From NCBI RefSeq assembly GCF_006345805.1, contig NC_043009.1, forward strand, positions 29,822,001 to 29,886,000: a stretch of DNA of 64,000 nt. Direction: 5' to 3'. Origin of the DNA: Octopus sinensis. Taxonomy: Eukaryota. Below are positions 43,184 through 56,052 of the stretch, piece by piece. The notes below the pieces were generated by a model, which saw only the letters and a program-made list of their open reading frames with translations, ran no database searches and had not been told where the DNA came from. A program made the position numbers and the translations under genes. The stretch's first letter is position 1; every line of letters begins with the position of its first letter.

Positions 43184-43270
43184 CACTACTACTACTAATA
43201 CTACTACTACTAACACCACTACTACTAATAATAATACTACAACTACTACAACTATTGCTGCTGCTGCTAT
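43141..43270. repeat. (TAC)n/(CAC)n trinucleotide array
   Basis: Read directly. It explains the poly-T ORF 43137..43340. Confidence 0.95.
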
Positions 43271-43516
43271 TGTAATTATTACTATTGCTTTTTGTTATTT
43301 GTCTCTAGATATTATGGAAAAATATAAAGTATTGAGATGAAACATTAATGCCATAGGTGTTCAATAGGTGACTAATATATATGGGAAAAATATATACCCT
43401 CGTGTACACTCACTTATATATACATATAGGATCATATAGACATACAGAAGCATAAAGACGAATTTGAAAAACTTATGCATGCGAAGAGATACAGACATTC
43501 AAGCGCACACAAGCCC

Positions 43517-43547
<31 letters not shown>

Positions 43548-43575
43548 ATCTATCTATCTATCTATCATCTATCTA

Positions 43576-43608
<33 letters not shown>

Positions 43609-43646
43609 ATATATATATATATCTGTCTATCTATCCATCCATCTCC

Positions 43647-43710
<64 letters not shown>

Positions 43711-44075
43711 AATAAAAAAAAATGCGAAGAACAAACACAAGAAGAAACAACAACGTGTAGACTTGGTACATGCAAAGTATTAGCAGATGCTCAGGGAAGG
43801 AAAGAAAGGTAGTTATACGTTTCAAGCAAAGCACTTAGTCAGAAACAGGATATTGAAAAAAGTGCAAGAGAAAAGGAAAATGGAGAAAAAAATCGCCAAC
43901 GATCCACATGTGGCTACGTTAGATGGGTTCGTAAAAAATGATCTTGATTGAATTTCTCCTTCGTAAATTCTGTTTTCTTGTGAAACTGTTACGGATTTGA
44001 CAAAAAGATTATTTGATATTTTTTCCACACAAAACCTCAAGCAAACTGATTAGTAGTTAACTCCAGTCTACCCTT

Positions 44076-44087
44076 TGCGCATGCGCA
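44076..44087. promoter_or_regulatory. Perfect NRF1-type palindrome TGCGCATGCGCA
   Basis: Exact match to the YGCGCAYGCGCR consensus. Function not shown, and it could be transposon-derived. Confidence 0.35.
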
Positions 44088-44884
44088 CTCATTAATTACA
44101 TGAAACTACAAAGTAGTTCGACCCGAACTCGCGACAAGAAAAGCTGTGTTTGGTGTGCTTGAGATCATCTTCAAAATGGACAAACCTGAAAGAAGATAAG
44201 CGCTGTGTACAAAAGGAATGCTGTAACAGAGTGAATGTGCCAGAAATAGTTTCAAAGGTTTCAAACGGGAAATGTTTCGGTCTTCGTTCGACTCTTATTA
44301 CTCTAAAAGACGTTAATAGATATATCAAATATGACAATCTCATTATGAAATAAGACAACCTCACTCAATGTCATCATATCGGCAAATATGTTGTGGCATG
44401 ATAGAAGAACATACCACCAACATAACGTGTGAGTCAATAATTAACTATTTTGCACGAAATATCATACAATCAATTTACTTAACCCCTCGATTATAATCGA
44501 TATTGGTATTCACATTAAACCTCAAAATAATACAACTATATTTGTTGATATTTATGAAAACTGATATTTCGACGATAAATTCCATAAATTATATGTCAAT
44601 ATTTAATTATCTACCATACTGACTAGATCGTTCTTTAGTGATAACCAATTCACGAACCCTTAAAACCATGCAACCGATTAAATTACTACATAATTTTATT
44701 CACTTTTCCTCTTCATGCAGTTGTTCTTAGCTTACTCTTCCCTTCATCTTCAATATTTAAGTAAGCATCGATATTGTTACCTTATATATAATTCAAACTT
44801 TGATGTAAATAACATAATGGACCCACCCATCGAAGACGACGTAAGGGCGTTCAGCTTTTGCCGAACGACCTGAAAAAATGATTT

Positions 44885-45113
44885 GTTCATAGTGATCAAC
44901 TGTTGGTGCCGCATATTAGCTCACTCTCTCCATCAAATGGATGTTGTCAGAGGAGGTGCAGTGTGTGCCACGCGTCAGGGGTCGAGGTGACTGCAGAGCA
45001 ACATGAGATGAAGTGTATTGTTCAAAAACACCAACCACCACCCGGTCTAGAAACGGAAACCTCGATGTCGCGATCGGGAGTGCAACACCCTAACAACTAG
45101 GCCATGTGACCTC
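44885..45113 (-). mobile_element. SINE family C, reverse orientation
   Basis: Minus strand reads tggcctagttgttagggtgttgcactc...ggtgtttttgaacaatacacttcatctcatgttgctctgcagtcacc. Confidence 0.75.
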
Positions 45114-45376
45114 AGAATAACTTGCGATAATCTATAATAATAGAGAATAATCTTCACGAGATGTTTTAATTCCTGTATTGCCCTTGCATATTCTGCAATC
45201 GCTGCAGAGATAACGAAAATCTAAGAATATTTTTTAAGTAACGACTTCTGGCTGAGATTATCGCCTGAAGTACTTACCAGAATCTTACAACGAATAATCA
45301 AGTTAGCAAAGACTAATACATTTGCAAACCATTGTTTACACTTACACACACACACACACACACACCACACACACAC

Positions 45377-45425
<49 letters not shown>

Positions 45426-45606
45426 CATATATATATACATATATACATATATATATACATATATATACATATATATATTCACATGTATTATTAAATACGT
45501 ATATGCATGCACTTACACCTTTACATATATATATAGTCAAGCGTATACACACCTATATATATATATATATTATATATATATCTATATATATATATATATA
45601 TATATA

Positions 45607-45645
<39 letters not shown>

Positions 45646-46565
45646 GTCGCTTGGAATGGAGATGCAACTCCGTAAGTATTCTGAGACAAGATAAAAATAA
45701 GTGTAGGAGGGAAGCTTGAATGTGGTGAAATCTTTCAAATTACAATATATCAACTGGAAACTTTAATGCATAGCGGTCGTTTCTGAAATGCTTTTGATCT
45801 TCAGCTTGTTATATCAGAGCTGACCTGGTACTAGGCACCAACAACTCTAAGACAACATGATAATTCGAAATCAAATATTTGTTCTAATCGCAGATTACCA
45901 GAGAATCAACTGATAGTTCAGAGATCAGCATATCACATCCTGTTGTAACCACTTTTCCATTATCTATAAAAGTTCTATGAAGCACAGTCTCCTCAGAAAA
46001 ACTACAGTGTAGAGAGAAGACGATAGTACGCTGAAGTGAAAGGCTGTCGCAGAATAATGTGCACAAAGAATAAGATAAATTCTTCTACATACAGAGGTAA
46101 TCAATGATCCTCCTTTCTTCTAAACTATTATAAGCCATTAGAAATGCATGTCATGCTATATACACAAACACATATGGATATATATATATATATATATATA
46201 TATATTACCTGTACATCATCTCCAAACCTTTCAATATATATATATACATGTAAGAACATATATACATACACACACATACACAACACAGACATATATATAT
46301 ATACATATATATACGAGGTTAAAAAATTAAGGTTAAGAAAATACGTGTTAAGCACATTATGGAAACCTTATTTCAGAGTAAGTCCCTCGATCTGTTTCCG
46401 TGCAGCAGGTTCACCACTTATGGCTACCAGGCATCATCAGTGAGCCTTAGCAAACATCATTGTAATAATTCCAGGAATTCCAGGATGGACGTTAGGTGTA
46501 TATTAAAGATAAAAAGAGAAGACGGAATGTACCAACAAAAAACATTTATATTACCGCAAAAATTG

Positions 46566-46938
46566 CTTCATTTTGAAGAGGTACTGCTCCCTTGTGACCG
46601 TGGTACGATGCAATAACACTAGATGCAATGCACAGTGCATCGAAGAATCTTCAGGTGTGATAATAAGGTTTTAAGCTGGGAGATTTACATGTACCCACGT
46701 GTATAATTATGAATTTGTACGTTTATACGTCTTTATGTTGATGTAAACATATGAATGTGTATGCGTTTATATGTCTGTACGTCTGTCTAACTGTTAAAAT
46801 CTCTCAATACAGCAAAATTCAAATTTAAATCTCCCAGCTTAAAACCTTCTTATCCCACCTTCTATGCACGGTGAGTTGCATCTGGAGTTATTGCATCTTC
46901 CCACCTCTGCAAGAGAGCAGTAAATCTTGAAGCTGAAA
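46566..46938. repeat. Diverged inverted repeat, about 115-bp arms (46566-46687 / 46826-46938)
   Basis: tactgctcccttg...gatgcaataac...agatgcaa...gtgcat...aaggttttaagctgggagattta recurs as its reverse complement. One arm has a 9-nt insertion. Confidence 0.85.
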
Positions 46939-47022
46939 CACTTGTGGTAATATAAATGCTTTTGTTCGTACGTTCGGTCTTCTCTTTTATATTTATATAT
47001 ATATGTGTGTGTTGTGTGTGTG

Positions 47023-47055
<33 letters not shown>

Positions 47056-47075
<20 letters not shown>

Positions 47076-47828
47076 ATATATATATATAATTATACATACA
47101 TGTATACATATCCGTGTATGTGTGTGTATGTATATACATATCACGTAATAACGTGAGCGATCATCAGTCTACTGGATGCTGTATTCAATCGCTAACCACA
47201 GTGCACTTTGTATCGTTTTCGCTTCCGAGTGATGCCTCCCTGCCGTCTAAGCGAAGAGGTCAATGTACACATACACACACACGCACATATAAATGCATAC
47301 ATACATAGTTACCTGCTAGTGCACACCCACAGCAATACATACACACACGTGTGAATGCTTTTTTTGTTCTCCTATAGAATCATATTGAAATGTTTATGTA
47401 CACATGGATATATATATATATATATTATATATATATATACGCGCACACACACATATGTATGTATGGTGTATATATATATAATATATGTGTGTGTGTGTAT
47501 ATATATATATAATTATACATACATGTATACATATCCGTGTATGTGTGTGTATGTATATACATATCACGTAATAACGTGAGCGATCATCAGTCTACTGGAT
47601 GCTGTATTCAATCGCTAACCACAGTGCACTTTGTATCGTTTTCGCTTCCGAGTGATGCCTCCCTGCCGTCTAAGCGAAGAGGTCAATGTACACATACACA
47701 CACACGCACATATAAATGCATACATACATAGTTACCTGCTAGTGCACACCCACAGCAATACATACACACACGTGTGAATGCTTTTTTTGTTCTCCTATAG
47801 AATCATATTGAAATGTTTATGTACACAT

Positions 47829-47871
<43 letters not shown>

Positions 47872-47900
47872 CATATGTATGTATGGTGTATATATATATA
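47056..47900. repeat. 423-bp tandem duplication, two copies, each containing a SINE family C 3' fragment on the minus strand
   Basis: Identical ORFs at 47114 and 47537 (offset 423). Non-microsatellite sequence appears identical by eye. Breakpoints fall in (TA)n. Confidence 0.9.
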
Positions 47901-49139
47901 TATATTGTGAGGGAAACAGATTAAGAGATAAACATACAGTTGCAGATATACATATAAGTGTGTGATGGTGGACCTGTGTCGGTATATTCTTACTTTCGAA
48001 AGCGCACACGCATGCACCCCCGCGTGCACGTAGATATATATAGACTTAGAGAAACAAACCCACTCACATATACATATGAGTGGGTGTGCTTGTGTTTGTG
48101 TGTGTGTGTGTGTGTTTGTGTGTGTGTACGTGTTTATGTACACGTATATGCGCATTTCCTTTTAGTTATATTATTTCCTTTATTTATATTAGTTCAGATG
48201 TCCGTGCAAAATATTGCCGCTGTAAATGCAGACATCTGAAACGAGTATGTTTCTTTACATAAGGCATTTAATTGTCTTAACTGGTTGACCAATGATGTTT
48301 ATTTTGTTCTGTGCGATAGACAGCAACTGACACAAGCAATTCAAGAGTCCGGATTGTGTATCTCTGTATGTGACTGCGTGTGGTTTACATGGAGAGATGT
48401 GGGGGTAATTGACCATATCACCGTTATGATATGATGACTCACAGTTACTAGAGAGGAGCTGTTAGTTTTGAGTTAGAACAGCGGCGATGGTAGTTAGGAT
48501 TATGATGGAGTTGTTGGCGGTTTAGTAATGGGGTTTCTGTGTTCTGTGTTCTGTTTTTCATAGGAATATTGTTTAGAGTTTTGTCATTGTTGTTTGTATT
48601 GATTACATTATCAAATAATGACGGCCATCTAATAGGCTTGTTTCAACAAAAACAATACTAGATAGGTTATTGATTTTGAGATTCGTTGCCTGTCTACCCG
48701 AAAACATCAGTAACATTACAATAATCATCACCATCGTCATCAGTAAACTAAACAGTCGACCCTTCTAAGATCATTACGAATTCAAACACTATGCACACAT
48801 GGGCACCCACACGCACACACACACACATACAGCGACACACATATTTATACAAACCTACATATATGTATGCGTGAGTGAAAACACATTCATACATTTACAC
48901 TTATATTCATATATATATATATATATACATACGCACACACATATATATATATACACATATATATAAAGTGAGAGAAAGAAAGAAAGAAAGTCAGAAAGAG
49001 AGAGAGAAAGGTATATATACATATATATGCGTAATGGCAAAAAACAAGAAAGAATAAAATGTTAGGGACGAGTTTAAACATTGGTGTTAGTATAACGCTT
49101 CAGAGGAGGAGAAAACGTCAGTAATGTTTCTAACTCTAG

Positions 49140-49590
49140 TCCTTCATTAGAAAAAGCAAACAAAGAAACAAAGAAAAGAGGAAAATGAGTAAAAGAAAAC
49201 TGAAAAGGTACTGGAGAAAAAGTTGTAGGGGCCAGCTTATGGGGCAGTTAAACGGGGAGGTGGATATTAGGCATATTGGGCCGTGAAGAAAGGAGAGAGG
49301 AGATAGCGGAGAAGCGAAAGGGAAATATAAAAAAACAGGAAAGAATAGAAAGATAAGTAGTGTTCGGTTGTTAGGTGCAGTGTAGAGAAGAGTTATAGGG
49401 AGTGAGAAGAGGGCTTCATCAAAATTGTCATGATGTAATGAATAAAAAAGAAAATGAATAAAAAAGAAAATGAAAAAAAAACACGAAAACAGAGGGACAA
49501 GTTTGAACAAATGTGTTATTAGTAAACGCTTGACTAGACGATGAAGGGTCTTCACCGCTTCGGACGCTACACCTTTGTCAGAAAAGAGAA
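49140..49590 (-). mobile_element. Penelope-like element terminal remnant, reverse orientation
   Basis: Minus strand ctgacaaaggtgtagcgtccgaagcggtgaagac...agcgtttactaataac...ctgttttcgtgtttttttt parallels 56648-56750, followed by a long pyrimidine-rich tract. Confidence 0.5.
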
Positions 49591-49683
49591 AGAATGGAGA
49601 GAAAAACGGAGGAAAGATGGTGGAGAAAGAATATGTTCCTGTATTTATATATTTTCGTAGCTACTATTAGGTGGACATACAGC

Positions 49684-49685
<2 letters not shown>

Positions 49686-49745
<60 letters not shown>

Positions 49746-49760
49746 TATTATTATTATTAA

Positions 49761-49803
<43 letters not shown>

Positions 49804-49815
49804 GCCATTATTATT
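49686..49815. repeat. (ATT)n array
   Basis: Read directly. It explains the poly-Y/poly-I ORFs. Confidence 0.95.
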
Positions 49816-50040
49816 AAGGCGGTCAGCTGACAGAATCGTTAGTACGACGCACAAAATGCTTAGGGATATTTCATCCGTCTTAATATTCCGGTTTAAAATT
49901 CTGCCTTGATCCACTTTGTCTTTTCTGGGTGCATAAATCAAGCTCCATTAGAGCACTGGTATCGATGTAATCGACTTATACACTTTCTCGTAATTAGTGG
50001 CTTTCTCCCAAACTTTGACACCATTTTTATTATTATATTT
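49816..50040 (+). mobile_element. SINE family B, first copy of a head-to-tail pair
   Basis: aaggcggtcagctgacagaatcgttag...ctggtatcgatgtaatcgactta. Confidence 0.8.
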
Positions 50041-50041
50041 C

Positions 50042-50259
50042 GAGGTGGACGGCTGGAAAAAATTGTCAGCACGCCGGCTAAAATGCTTAGCAACGTTTCG
50101 TCCCTCTTTACGTTCTGAGTTCAAATTCCAGCGAGGTCGACTTTGCCTTTCATCCTTTCTGCTTCGATGAATAAGTACCAGATACACACCGGGGTCGATA
50201 TAACCGACTATCTCACCCCCTCCCCGTAAATTTCAAGTCTTCTGCCTATAGTAGAAAGG

Positions 50260-50296
<37 letters not shown>
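50042..50296 (+). mobile_element. SINE family B, second copy of the pair, with (ATT)n tail
   Basis: gcacgccggctaaaatgcttag...gagttcaaattcc...gcctttcatcctttc...gtagaaaggattattatt. Confidence 0.85.
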
Positions 50297-50297
<1 letters not shown>

Positions 50298-51199
50298 AAT
50301 TAATATCACAAGTGTGAAATTTCACTGCAACGATCAGTGCTTTGTCTGCTGCTAGTTCTTCGCATGTGTTTCAACTAGACATTTCTATTATGATTATTAT
50401 CATTACGTCTATAACTTTTCAAAAATGTTCGAAAGTAAAAAGAGAATATAATTGTAATTACAATTATAATGATCGTATATATTTTAGTTTTTTTTTTTTT
50501 CAATATGTTATTTGCCATTGGAAAGATTCCAATCAAAGCAATCATTAATTCATTATTGTTAGAAAGAACAATACATATGTGTGTTTGGGTGTGTGTGTGT
50601 GTGCATGTATGTTCATGTGTATTTATATATATGTGTGTTTATCTATACATTTATGGATGAACATATATGAACATATATACATTGATACATATATACATTG
50701 AAATATATATATGTTTATATATATATATATATATGTGTGTGTGTGCGTGTGTGTGTGTGTGTATAAATAGCTAAAAATGTGTAGGGGGATATGGACATTT
50801 ATATACATGCATGTACACGTCTGTATGTGTAAACTCACACATATATAAAAGGAGAAAGATAGACAGGCACAGATATACAAACACACACATAATTTGATTT
50901 CTTTCTTTTTTACTTGAACTATACATTAACGAAAATTTTAAAATGGTTTATTAGAGAAAATAATTTTTTTGAAATCGTGTCCATTTAAATATACAATAAA
51001 ATTTAGTCTTTTTTTTTAAATGATTATTGTGATAATTAACACTAAAAGTTTTTTTTATGTTTTTGGGTGGGGTGAAAATTGTGCGGAGAGGAACATAACT
51101 ATCATTATTACTTTTTTTTTTAATGAGAAATAATTTTATTTCCTTGCGTTTTAATTTCTAACTTATTTCCCTTGTTGTCCTCCTGCTGACCATCTTCAT

Positions 51200-51357
51200 C
51201 ATCATCGTCATCATCATCATTATCCCAAATATCATCGTTATTCTCCTCATCGCTGTCGTCTTCGACGCTATTCTTGTTTTCATTCTTGTTGTCATCGTCA
51301 CTGCTGTCATTATTATAACTCCAACATCACACCATTACCACCACCACAAACACTATT

Positions 51358-51414
<57 letters not shown>

Positions 51415-51430
51415 CACTACCACCACCAAA
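51200..51430. repeat. (CAT)n/(CAC)n/(TAC)n degenerate trinucleotide region
   Basis: Read directly. Confidence 0.85.
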
Positions 51431-51854
51431 AATATATTGATTTTTTAAAAAAGTCTTCAACTTTGCTTTATTCTTGTATAGCTTTTAATTGGTATAATTA
51501 TGCCACCATACATCATCTGCAGGAAACATCTCACTATCATGAATGACACGGGTTTTTTCCTCTAATTAGAAAAATTGTATTTACTACAGACAATATCTTT
51601 TCTCTGTTACATTCTCATTCGTTTCCCCCAGTTTCTGCATCTCTTTTTCTGGATCCCACTTTATCAATTTGAAAGTCTGTTGAAGTAGCTCCTGTCTGTC
51701 GCACCATGTTTTAAGCGTTTACCTTGGCTCCTGCGCAACATATACACATACATACATAAATACATACACACATACATACATGTGTGTATGTGTGTTTGAG
51801 TATGAGTGTAAAATATGTAAGTTCGAGAGATACACATGCACAAGGTATATATAA

Positions 51855-51885
<31 letters not shown>

Positions 51886-51944
<59 letters not shown>

Positions 51945-51961
51945 ATAGATAGGTAGATAGG

Positions 51962-52044
<83 letters not shown>
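51886..52044. repeat. (GATA)n microsatellite
   Basis: Read directly. Confidence 0.95.
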
Positions 52045-52045
<1 letters not shown>

Positions 52046-52254
52046 AACACGAGGTACGTTTGTACAATGTAGTAAGCAGCATGTACATAGAATATTTTAC
52101 TGGATTACTGAGCTTAATCTATCTCAGGTTTCCTGCAGTAATGAATAATGAATTAAAGCATTCATTCTATTCAAGTGAGAATAGTTTTTCATTAAGGTCT
52201 TGGAGGGAAAGATCCTAAAATCTATTGCTATCGTTTTATTATGTATACATATAT

Positions 52255-52420
52255 ACGACGGGATTCTTTCAGTTTCCGCCTATCAAATCCATTCACAAGG
52301 TTTTGATCGGCCTAATGCTATTGTAGAAGATACTCGCCCAAGCTGCCACGCAGTGGCACTGAACCCGAAATCATGTGCTTGGAAAGGAAACTTCTTACCA
52401 CACAGCCACAACTGCGCATG
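52255..52420 (-). mobile_element. SINE family A, 5' half, reverse orientation
   Basis: ttctttcagtttccg...aaatccattcacaagg...cttcttaccacacagccac is the reverse complement of the family-A head. Confidence 0.85.
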
Positions 52421-53667
52421 TGGAGAATCTAGAAAGACACTGTTCCATATTCCAATCCTAGAAAAGAATTAGTGATCAGGTATAGGGAGACCAATATTGA
52501 ATTTAAATCTGATGAGTGACGGCCTTGACTGAAACTCTGTCAACATTTTGGATGTGATTTGACTCTTTTGTAACTACATTTACTGCATATGTATTTGAAT
52601 ATATCTGAAATGTTATCCAGAACTGGAAGTAAAATTATAAGTAATTCACTCCCTAAATCCTCTATTCTTAGTGGCCATAGAATAGCGATGTGCACATAGT
52701 AATTCCACTCAGATTATTTTGTTAATTAGTATATTAAGCTGGAATTTGAAATCTGACTTAAGAAGAATATATTGAATAAATTAAGCGAAGTTTTAACTTA
52801 TATATGAAACGCATTAATGCACGTGGTTTTATTTCATAAACCAGAAACGAGCTCAGACTGATTGATAGGGAAAGGATTAAGAAAGTTTGAGGAAAGGTTT
52901 GACGACTGGGGATGATTTTCTAAATTCTCATTTAAAATAATTTATCATGAATATGTAATATCAATAACGCTATGATATGTAATATCCATAATTCTAAATC
53001 CTAACTGAAGATCGACGATCACATTTCTCATGTTATCAGCACAACACAAGCACCACCGCGCTTCAACATTTATGAGGGCTAATATTTAAGAATTATTCCC
53101 AATCCAAGAATTTAACAAGCTTAAAATTTTATTTTCAGATGGTTACTACTTTCTTCGGAACTGAAATCTCAAGATCGACATTTCATTGTCAATCATAATG
53201 TTACGATATCAAACATTATTTCTTTTTTACTATTTTACTGGACTACGGCCATGCTGAGGCACAACATTAAAGAAAGCACGTGTTTAACTGACGAGGTTCT
53301 GAATGGTGGAAACAAATTCATTGTTACAGCTCCCTTGCATCTGGTAGGAGGACATTCTTCCATACGAATATGAATTAAAAGTTTACACAGTTAGTGTAAT
53401 ATTTCAGAAATTATTTCTAGATATTATTTTGATACATTAACATTTACGGCGAGGTGAAAACTTCAAATAAACAAAACATTACAATATATAAATATTATTT
53501 ACGTCAGGTATTCATTACATCCTGAAGTAACTTGTATCAAAACATGCCGTTGTCATATTTTAGTTATTTCCCCTCACTGAAAACTGTGTAATAAAATTGA
53601 CAGGGTTTATATGTTAGTGACGATAATGATATATTATTACTTTGAAAAGCCATGCATGTATATATAA

Positions 53668-53712
<45 letters not shown>

Positions 53713-53974
53713 GCAATAAAAATGGTAAATAATTTTCCTGTGGTTTTTCATGTAACCAACAATTATTTACCGGTAAATTTCGGTATGTAAACACGACAAA
53801 TTAATTGTCAGGACCTTTCTAAGATTCAGTATATTGTAAAGAAAAAATAAGATGGCTAGCAGCATGCTGTTTCGCCTCATACCGAAGGAATTAGAAATGG
53901 CAGATATATATACATATATGTATACATATACAGACACAAAGAGATACATACATACCTGTATGTGTGTATATATA

Positions 53975-54013
<39 letters not shown>

Positions 54014-54192
54014 TTTACATATGTTTGCGTGTTTGCGAGAGTGTGTCTATAAATTTATATTGTTTACCTATCCATCCCTCTCTATCTATCTGTCTGTCTG
54101 TCCATTTGTCTGTTAGTATAACTCTTTCTCTCTATTTTGTCTCTCCCTCAATATATATATATATAGATATATATATATATATATTATAATAT

Positions 54193-54235
<43 letters not shown>

Positions 54236-54987
54236 GTATATATATAGATACATATACGTATATATATATACATACATGTATATATATATACATATATATA
54301 TACACATATGTATATATATTCATATATACATATATATGTGTATTTATATGTATATGCGTATGTGTGCCTGGGATACCATATGAGATGTAAAAATGATACA
54401 ATCAACATATGCACACCATGGGATCATACTTGCCAACATTCGCATGGTTCATACTCACAGAATTTTCCAAGGGTCGATATAGACATCAAAATATTTACAC
54501 ATAGATACAAACATATGCACGCATTATGTGCACTCGCATACATATAAAAATTCTACCATTGGTTAATGGCAGCTAAATGTAAACTTAACTGAATACAGGA
54601 CCAATAAGGTTTCAACTATTATACTGACTTCTTCCTGTTAATGATATAAGGCAATAATAAAGCTGTCAACGCGGTACATACTCCCTTTATCTAGTTAGCA
54701 GGACATTGCTTATCTTTATTAATCCGAAGATTAATAAACAAAACTACTGGACGAATCCATATATCTTCGGGATTAGATTTAAATTTTGAAAGAGGATCTC
54801 GTTTATATTATCTTAATACACGGGCACACATACGCATATACATATAAATAAACATATATATGTATATATGAATATATATACATACATATACATATACATT
54901 TTTATATACGTATATGTATGTATATATACCTATATGTATGTATATATATACATACATATATATATGCATATGTATACATATATATAC

Positions 54988-55045
<58 letters not shown>

Positions 55046-55391
55046 GTGTGCGCATTAATATATATATATATATACGTATGTATATATATATATATATGTA
55101 TATGTTTACATGTATGTAACTAAAAGTACACATGATATGCAATTTATCGATCAACACATTTTAGGTATCATTTATTCATTAACATAATCGCCTTTTTAAT
55201 CCATCTATATGTCCAACTAATTATTCATCCATGCATTTATCTAGCTAGATATCTCGCCATCTATCTATCTATATATCTCTCCATCTATCAATCCCCCCAC
55301 TCTCTCTCTACATACACACACATACATATATCCAAAGAATAGTGAATGAAGTAGATTAAAACCAGGTTACATATGTTACATAGCTAGCGGT

Positions 55392-55529
55392 ACCTCTGAA
55401 GTAATAAATTATTCAAACGAGGGTAGACTGCAACCCTACGCTTCAGGAGAATTCGATTGAAGCCCCAACGCGGCCTGATGAGTAGCTTGTGGTCTACCAC
55501 TCGTTTAAATAATTTACTTCTTTCGAGGT
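55392..55529. repeat. About 140-bp fold-back element
   Basis: taaattattcaaacgagggtagactgcaa (55405-55433) pairs with 55487-55516. Inner pairings are ctac/gtag and gcttca/tgaagc. Confidence 0.7.
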
Positions 55530-55758
55530 TTCATTAACTATGAAGCATATGTAGTCTGCATTGTATCTTATCCATTCCCTAGATTTTGGATGTTATATCG
55601 CATACACAACAACCCCTGTTGCTAACCGTGGATCATAAAATTAACTTTTTTCAGTTTATCGTAAACCACTATTTTTCCTGAAAGTTATTTTTTATATCTT
55701 CTACGGATTCCTTGAAGGTTACGAAGTTCGTAAACCTTGGCCCTGGGATCTTACCCTT

Positions 55759-56052
55759 TATGTCATCTACTGCATCTCCTGCTCTCTCTGCCCTTCTCTA
55801 TACATCGGACAAACCGGACGCCACTTTGCTGACCGGTTCGCGGAACTCTTCCGATACATCCGATTCGGCAATGACACCCCGGTCTTGCGCCATTTCCGCC
55901 CTACCGGTCACTCTTTGCAGCACCTGTCTATGTTTGGAGTGTTCTTGCACAAGGTCCATCCGGACTCCCGTTTACGCCGTGAACAAGGATTAATCTTCTC
56001 TCTTCCCTTCTTTGCGCCACATGGGCTCAACTATCCTCCCCTCTTCATCTAA
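55759..56052 (+). pseudogene. GIY-YIG endonuclease domain of a Penelope-like retroelement (5'-truncated, stop-free 97-codon frame)
   Basis: My translation is YVIYCISCSLCPSLYIGQTGRHFADRFAELFRYIRFGNDTPVLRHFRPTGHSLQHLS...RLRREQGLIFSLPFFAPHGLNYPPLFI*. It shows VIY..C..C..YIGQT, HF..GH, RE and P.GLN motifs. No ATG, so it is absent from the ORF track. Confidence 0.9.

Noticed and set aside
52509-52541. Hammerhead-like CTGATGA...GAAAC-tct-GTC
   Set aside because: There is an extra T before GAAA, a stem II mismatch and no credible helix I. It is probably chance, though it could be included in a covariance search.
55712-55993. 93-aa ORF MKVTKFV...
   Set aside because: It is an alternative frame over the GIY-YIG domain. 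The meaningful frame is 55759-56052.
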